Below the pieces are notes generated by a model. The model saw only the letters and a list, made by a program, of their open reading frames with translations. It did no database searches and had not been told where the DNA came from. From Bacteroidia bacterium (GTDB lineage Bacteria; Bacteroidota; Bacteroidia; JAIBAJ01): a stretch of DNA of 64,000 nt. How positions within the stretch are numbered: position 1 is the stretch's first letter; each line of letters begins with the position of its first letter. The stretch is from the NCBI GenBank assembly GCA_019695265.1, contig JAIBAJ010000001.1, positions 34,347 through 98,346 on the forward strand, written 5' to 3'. Position numbers and translations under genes: made by a program. This document shows, piece by piece, positions 59,187 to 64,000 of this stretch.

Positions 59187-62100
59187 ATGGAAACTACCGT
59201 TTACCAACCCCAACATAAAATCCGTATTGTTACTGCGGCATCTTTGTTTGATGGCCACGATGCAGCAATTAACATTATGCGCAGAATTATCCAAAGTAGT
59301 GGAGCTGAAGTGATACACCTGGGCCACGATCGTTCGGTGAAAGAAATTGTTGATTGCGCTATTCAGGAAGATGTGCAGGCGATTGCTATTACCAGTTATC
59401 AAGGCGGACACGTTGAATTTTTCAAATACATGTACGACCTCTTGCAAGAACGAGGTGCCGGACAAATTAAAATCTTTGGAGGTGGTGGTGGCACCATACT
59501 TCCAACCGAAATTGAAGAACTGCATCGTTACGGAATTACCCGAATTTACTCACCCGACGACGGACGTTCGCTAGGCTTGCAGGGAATGATTAACGATTTG
59601 CTTAAAACCTGCGATTTCCCAACCGGTTTTAACCTAAACGGGGAAGTAAAACACCTGGCAGAAAAGGATATTAAATCCATCGCTAAACTTATTTCAGCAG
59701 CCGAAAACAACCACAATGAATTTGACCAAGTTTTCAAAGCCGGAACCGATAAAAAAGTTGCCGTATTAGGAATTACTGGTACCGGTGGAGCCGGAAAATC
59801 TTCATTGGTAGATGAATTGGTAAGACGTTATTTGCTCGATTTCAAGGATAAAACCATTGCCATTATTTCGGTGGATCCCTCGAAACGAAAAACAGGTGGA
59901 GCACTACTGGGAGACCGAATCCGGATGAATGCCATTAACAACGACCGGGTTTATATGCGTTCCCTGGCAACCCGTCAAAGTAATCTGGCCCTTTCAAAAT
60001 ATGTAAAAGATGCCGTTGAAATTGTGAAGGCCGCCGGTTTTGACTTGGTGGTACTTGAAACATCAGGAATTGGTCAAAGTGATACTGAAATTCTAGAACA
60101 TAGCGACGTGTCATTGTACGTTATGACTCCCGAATATGGTGCTGCTACCCAACTTGAAAAGATTGATATGTTGGACTTTGCCGATGTAATTGCTTTAAAC
60201 AAATTCGACAAACGCGGCGCCCTGGATGCCCTGCGCGACGTGAAAAAGCAATATAAACGTAACCACCAGCTCTGGGAAACCCCCGACGACGATTTGCCGG
60301 TTTTTGGAACCATTGCTTCCCAATTTAACGACCCGGGAATGAATCGTTTGTATGTGGCTATTATGCAAACCATTGCGAAAAAAACCGGTCTTAATTTCCC
60401 TTCCAACTTCCACATCACCAACGAGATGTCGGAAAAAGTGTATATCATCCCCCCCAGCAGAACCCGTTACCTCAGCGAAATTTCAGAAACAAATCGAAAC
60501 TACGACCAATGGGTAAAGGATCAAGTAGAAATTCAACACCAGCTTGAAGGTTTGGAAACCGCCCAAAAATTAGTACATTCTGCTGAAGCCAAACTAGCCC
60601 TCGATCAAGCTTTTGAAGCACTTTCCCGACAATTCGACCCCCAAAATAAACACCTCATTGACGAACTGCCTAAAAAGATTGAAAACTACCGCAATGAATT
60701 TTTTGTCTTTAAGGTTAGAGACAAAGAATTAAAGGTAAAAACCCATTCAGAAAGTTTATCTCACCTTCAAATACCAAAGGTTGCTACACCAAAATTCCGC
60801 TCCAAAGCCGATCAATTGAATTGGGTTTTGCAAGAGAATTTCCCTGGCGAATTTCCTTATACTGCCGGGGTTTTCCCCTTTAAACGTGAAGGAGAAGACC
60901 CTACCCGAATGTTTGCCGGTGAAGGTGGACCAGAACGAACCAATAAACGTTTCCATTATGTTTCCAAAGGTCTTCCTGCCAAACGACTTTCAACGGCTTT
61001 TGATTCGGTTACTTTGTATGGGCAAGATCCGGACTACCGCCCGGACATCTACGGAAAAATAGGCAATTCCGGGGTTTCCATTTGCTGCCTCGATGATGCA
61101 AAAAAACTTTACTCCGGCTTCAACCTGGCCGACCCCCGAACCTCTGTTTCCATGACCATCAATGGTCCGGCTGCCATTCTTACTGCCTATTTTATGAATG
61201 CTGCCATTGACCAACAATGCGAAATTTATATCAGGCAAAATGGATTAGAGCAAGAAGTTGAAGCTACCATACAAGCCATTTACCAAGGCAAACCCAGACC
61301 AAAATACCAAGGCGAAATTCCGGATGGCAATGATGGACTAGGTTTGATGTTACTAGGTGTTACCGGCGACCAGGTTTTACCAAAAGAAGTTTATGAAAAA
61401 ATAAAAATCGATACCCTGGCCGCTGTTCGGGGCACCGTTCAAGCTGACATTCTAAAAGAAGATCAGGCACAAAATACCTGCATTTTCAGTACTGAATTTT
61501 CGCTTCGGGTAATGGGTGACGTACAGGATTATTTTATCCGAAACAACGTTAGAAACTTCTATTCCGTTAGTATTTCAGGTTACCACATTGCCGAAGCCGG
61601 AGCCAACCCTATTTCCCAATTGGCCTTTACCTTGGCCAATGGATTTACCTACGTTGAATACTACCTCAGCCGAGGTATGGATGTAAACAAATTCGCTCCC
61701 AACCTTTCCTTCTTTTTCAGCAATGGAATCGATCCTGAATACTCCGTTATCGGAAGGGTAGCACGCCGTATTTGGGCAAAAGCTATGAAATTGAAATACA
61801 AGGCAAACGAGCGCAGCCAAATGTTGAAATACCACATCCAAACCAGCGGCCGCAGTCTGCATGCTCAAGAAATCGATTTTAACGACATCCGAACCACCTT
61901 GCAAGCCTTGTATGCCATTTACGACAACTGTAACTCCTTGCATACCAATGCCTACGATGAAGCCATTACCACCCCTACCGAAGCTTCCGTTCGTCGCGCC
62001 ATGGCCATTCAGTTGATTATAAACCGGGAATTGGGATTGGCAAAAAATGAAAATCCGTTGCAGGGTTCCTTTATTATTGAAGAGTTAACCGATCTAGTAG

Positions 62101-62528
62101 AAGAGGCAGTGTTAGCCGAATTCGATCGGATTACCGAACGCGGTGGTGTACTCGGCGCTATGGAAACCATGTACCAGCGCGGCAAAATTCAGGAGGAATC
62201 CTTGTACTATGAAACCCTGAAACATACAGGAGAATTTCCCATCATCGGAGTAAACACGTTTTTATCTTCTCAAGGTTCGCCAACCATCATTCCAAACGAG
62301 GTTATCCGTGCCACCGAAGAGGAGAAAAAATACCAAATTTCAATGCTGGAAAATCTTCACCAAATGCAGGCTATTCAAGCAAAACAAGGATTGGAAAGTT
62401 TGCAAAAAACAGCCGTTCAAAACCAAAATATTTTCGAAAACCTCATGGAAACCGCTAAATATTGTTCCCTTGGACAAATTACACAGAGCCTATTTCAGGT
62501 TGGTGGACAATACCGTCGAAATATGTAA
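59187..62528 (+). CDS. icmF: Fused isobutyryl-CoA mutase (B12-binding domain + MeaB-like GTPase + acyl-CoA mutase catalytic domain)
   Basis: The N-terminus has the B12 DxHxxG motif ([12 protein letters not shown]), the middle has the MeaB P-loop [17 protein letters not shown], and the C-terminal ~550 aa are a methylmalonyl-CoA-mutase-like TIM barrel. The ~1100-aa length matches IcmF. Start taken at ATG 59187. Confidence 0.85.
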   Translation: METTVYQPQHKIRIVTAASLFDGHDAAINIMRRIIQSSGAEVIHLGHDRSVKEIVDCAIQEDVQAIAITSYQGGHVEFFKYMYDLLQERGAGQIKIFGGGGGTILPTEIEELHRYGITRIYSPDDGRSLGLQGMINDLLKTCDFPTGFNLNGEVKHLAEKDIKSIAKLISAAENNHNEFDQVFKAGTDKKVAVLGITGTGGAGKSSLVDELVRRYLLDFKDKTIAIISVDPSKRKTGGALLGDRIRMNAINNDRVYMRSLATRQSNLALSKYVKDAVEIVKAAGFDLVVLETSGIGQSDTEILEHSDVSLYVMTPEYGAATQLEKIDMLDFADVIALNKFDKRGALDALRDVKKQYKRNHQLWETPDDDLPVFGTIASQFNDPGMNRLYVAIMQTIAKKTGLNFPSNFHITNEMSEKVYIIPPSRTRYLSEISETNRNYDQWVKDQVEIQHQLEGLETAQKLVHSAEAKLALDQAFEALSRQFDPQNKHLIDELPKKIENYRNEFFVFKVRDKELKVKTHSESLSHLQIPKVATPKFRSKADQLNWVLQENFPGEFPYTAGVFPFKREGEDPTRMFAGEGGPERTNKRFHYVSKGLPAKRLSTAFDSVTLYGQDPDYRPDIYGKIGNSGVSICCLDDAKKLYSGFNLADPRTSVSMTINGPAAILTAYFMNAAIDQQCEIYIRQNGLEQEVEATIQAIYQGKPRPKYQGEIPDGNDGLGLMLLGVTGDQVLPKEVYEKIKIDTLAAVRGTVQADILKEDQAQNTCIFSTEFSLRVMGDVQDYFIRNNVRNFYSVSISGYHIAEAGANPISQLAFTLANGFTYVEYYLSRGMDVNKFAPNLSFFFSNGIDPEYSVIGRVARRIWAKAMKLKYKANERSQMLKYHIQTSGRSLHAQEIDFNDIRTTLQALYAIYDNCNSLHTNAYDEAITTPTEASVRRAMAIQLIINRELGLAKNENPLQGSFIIEELTDLVEEAVLAEFDRITERGGVLGAMETMYQRGKIQEESLYYETLKHTGEFPIIGVNTFLSSQGSPTIIPNEVIRATEEEKKYQISMLENLHQMQAIQAKQGLESLQKTAVQNQNIFENLMETAKYCSLGQITQSLFQVGGQYRRNM

Positions 62529-62729
62529 TTTTAAAGTTGAAGGATATTTTTAGGAAACAAACGTATGCTGCCCGAACTATCACCTGCCCCGCTATTCACT
62601 GCAATGCCAGCCTGCCCTTTAAGCCATGGCTTTGGCATTTCCGTTGCTATCGGGTTTAGTTTAGCAGGTTCATCTTTTAATCAATCTTGGGTTGGCGGGG
62701 TATCCATCTAACGCTCAAAAACATCTTCC

Positions 62730-63641
62730 ATGTCGATTCTAACACAGAACATTACCAAAGTTTATGGAACCCAAAAAGCCTTAAACAATGTCAGTTTTGA
62801 AGTTCCTGCAGGACAAATTGTTGGTTTCCTAGGCCCCAATGGTGCCGGAAAATCAACTATGATGAAAATCCTGACCTGCTACATCCCACAAACAGAAGGC
62901 AAGGCAGAAGTATGCGGATTTGATGTTGCCGAAAATCCGCTCGAAGTCAAAAAACAGGTCGGATACCTTCCCGAACACAATCCGCTATACCTGGAAATGT
63001 ATGTAAAGGAATACCTGGCTTTTTGCGCTTCTATTCATGGCTTGGGTAAACAGTCCGACAAACTTGCCAAGGAAATGATTGAAAAAACCGGCCTTGGTCC
63101 TGAACAACATAAAATAATTGGCACACTATCCAAGGGTTATCGCCAACGGGTTGGCTTGGCTCAAGCTATGATTCACAACCCCAAAGTTCTTATACTCGAC
63201 GAACCCACCTCCGGCTTAGACCCCAATCAGTTGGTTGATATACGTAATCTCATCCTTCAATTAGGGAAAGAAAAAACCGTTTTACTTTCAACCCATATTA
63301 TGCAAGAGGTTGAAGCTGTTTGCGACCGGGTAATTATCATCAACAAGGGTAGCATTGTTGCCGACAAACCTATTGGTGAAATTCAACATCAAGGAGGGAA
63401 AACAATCGTTTCAGTTGAGTTCGACAAGCCGGTTGCCGATCATGTATTAAAAGGAATAAGTGGTGTAATTCAAGTTAAAAACATAGGTAAAAACACGTGG
63501 ATTCTAGAGGGCAAATCCAACCTGGATCTTCGTCCCGCCATTTTCCAATTTGCAGTTGAAAAAGGACTCGCAGTTTTAACCATGCAAAAGGAAGAACAAA
63601 GTTTAGAAGAAACCTTCCAAAAACTTACTAAAGGTTCCTAA
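62730..63641 (+). CDS. gldA: ABC transporter ATP-binding protein, GldA-like (gliding-motility-associated ABC ATPase)
   Basis: Walker A GPNGAGKST, signature LSKGYRQRVGLA, Walker B ILILDEPTSGLD. The N-terminus MSILTQNITKVYGTQKALNNVSFEV closely resembles flavobacterial GldA. Confidence 0.6.
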   Translation: MSILTQNITKVYGTQKALNNVSFEVPAGQIVGFLGPNGAGKSTMMKILTCYIPQTEGKAEVCGFDVAENPLEVKKQVGYLPEHNPLYLEMYVKEYLAFCASIHGLGKQSDKLAKEMIEKTGLGPEQHKIIGTLSKGYRQRVGLAQAMIHNPKVLILDEPTSGLDPNQLVDIRNLILQLGKEKTVLLSTHIMQEVEAVCDRVIIINKGSIVADKPIGEIQHQGGKTIVSVEFDKPVADHVLKGISGVIQVKNIGKNTWILEGKSNLDLRPAIFQFAVEKGLAVLTMQKEEQSLEETFQKLTKGS

Positions 63642-63694
63642 TTTCAACTTTCCATAAGCAAATAGGAAGTGAATCGGATAAGTGATTCAACTTC

Positions 63695-64000
63695 CTATTT
63701 CTTTTTGCGTTGCTTCATATAATTTTGAACCGCAGCTTTGCTGGTAAGCCAATTTCTGCCTTCTTTGTAAGCATCAATTTTTCCGGTTCGGGCCAACAAA
63801 CTGATATATTCCGAACTGTATGGTAATTTTTCTTCTTTAACCAAATTAGTTATTTCAAGGTATTCCTGATCATAACCTTCGGTAGGAAAAGAATTCAAGT
63901 ATATGTTTAACGATCGCTCTTGAGCCTGAAGTACCAACAACAACAACTTGGAATAATTACCCTGATTAGCCTGATTTAGCGCCTCGTAATATTTCTTTCG
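63695..64000 (-). CDS. Hypothetical protein (TPR-like), 5'-truncated by window end
   Basis: Stop at 63695. The reading frame stays open to position 64000 (...RKKYYEALNQANQGNYSKLLLLVLQAQERSL...). The ORF-track start is a TTG internal to this frame. Confidence 0.35.
   Translation of the reverse strand, partial: RKKYYEALNQANQGNYSKLLLLVLQAQERSLNIYLNSFPTEGYDQEYLEITNLVKEEKLPYSSEYISLLARTGKIDAYKEGRNWLTSKAAVQNYMKQRKKK

Overview
Chromosomal window from a Bacteroidota genome (class not resolved), roughly 42-43% GC. Evidence for the phylum: three type-IX-secretion (T9SS) C-terminal-domain cargo proteins, a GldA-like ABC ATPase, a Rho factor with the Bacteroidota N-terminal insertion next to a DUF4293 gene, a TonB-dependent receptor, and an rsmD/DUF3822 pair. 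Most genes are housekeeping or accessory metabolism: pepP-like aminopeptidase, surE, dut, ssb, rho, rsmD, purK, folE plus queD/PTPS, an isolated murG-like glycosyltransferase, the fused isobutyryl-CoA mutase IcmF, a transketolase C-terminal subunit and PPK2. There is a TetR-controlled HlyD/TolC efflux operon and a sulfur-detoxification-like cluster (persulfide-dioxygenase/rhodanese fusion, TauE exporter, outer-membrane beta-barrel). No rRNA, tRNA or CRISPR array was found. The strongest unexplained signal is two families of structured intergenic repeats. Family 1 has seven copies in this 64 kb, in two subfamilies, and sits mostly at convergent gene junctions. Family 2 has two copies; one copy lies inside a family-1 copy, which suggests mobility. 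Other notable items are a 1257-aa secreted TolA-like coiled-coil protein built on near-identical 153-bp and 240-bp tandem DNA repeats, an ABC transmembrane domain lacking its ATPase fused in frame to a HlyD adaptor, an orphan AddA-like helicase-nuclease, and a conserved-looking kinase-fold hypothetical. All calls rest on reading motifs in the supplied translations and sequence; no database search was possible.
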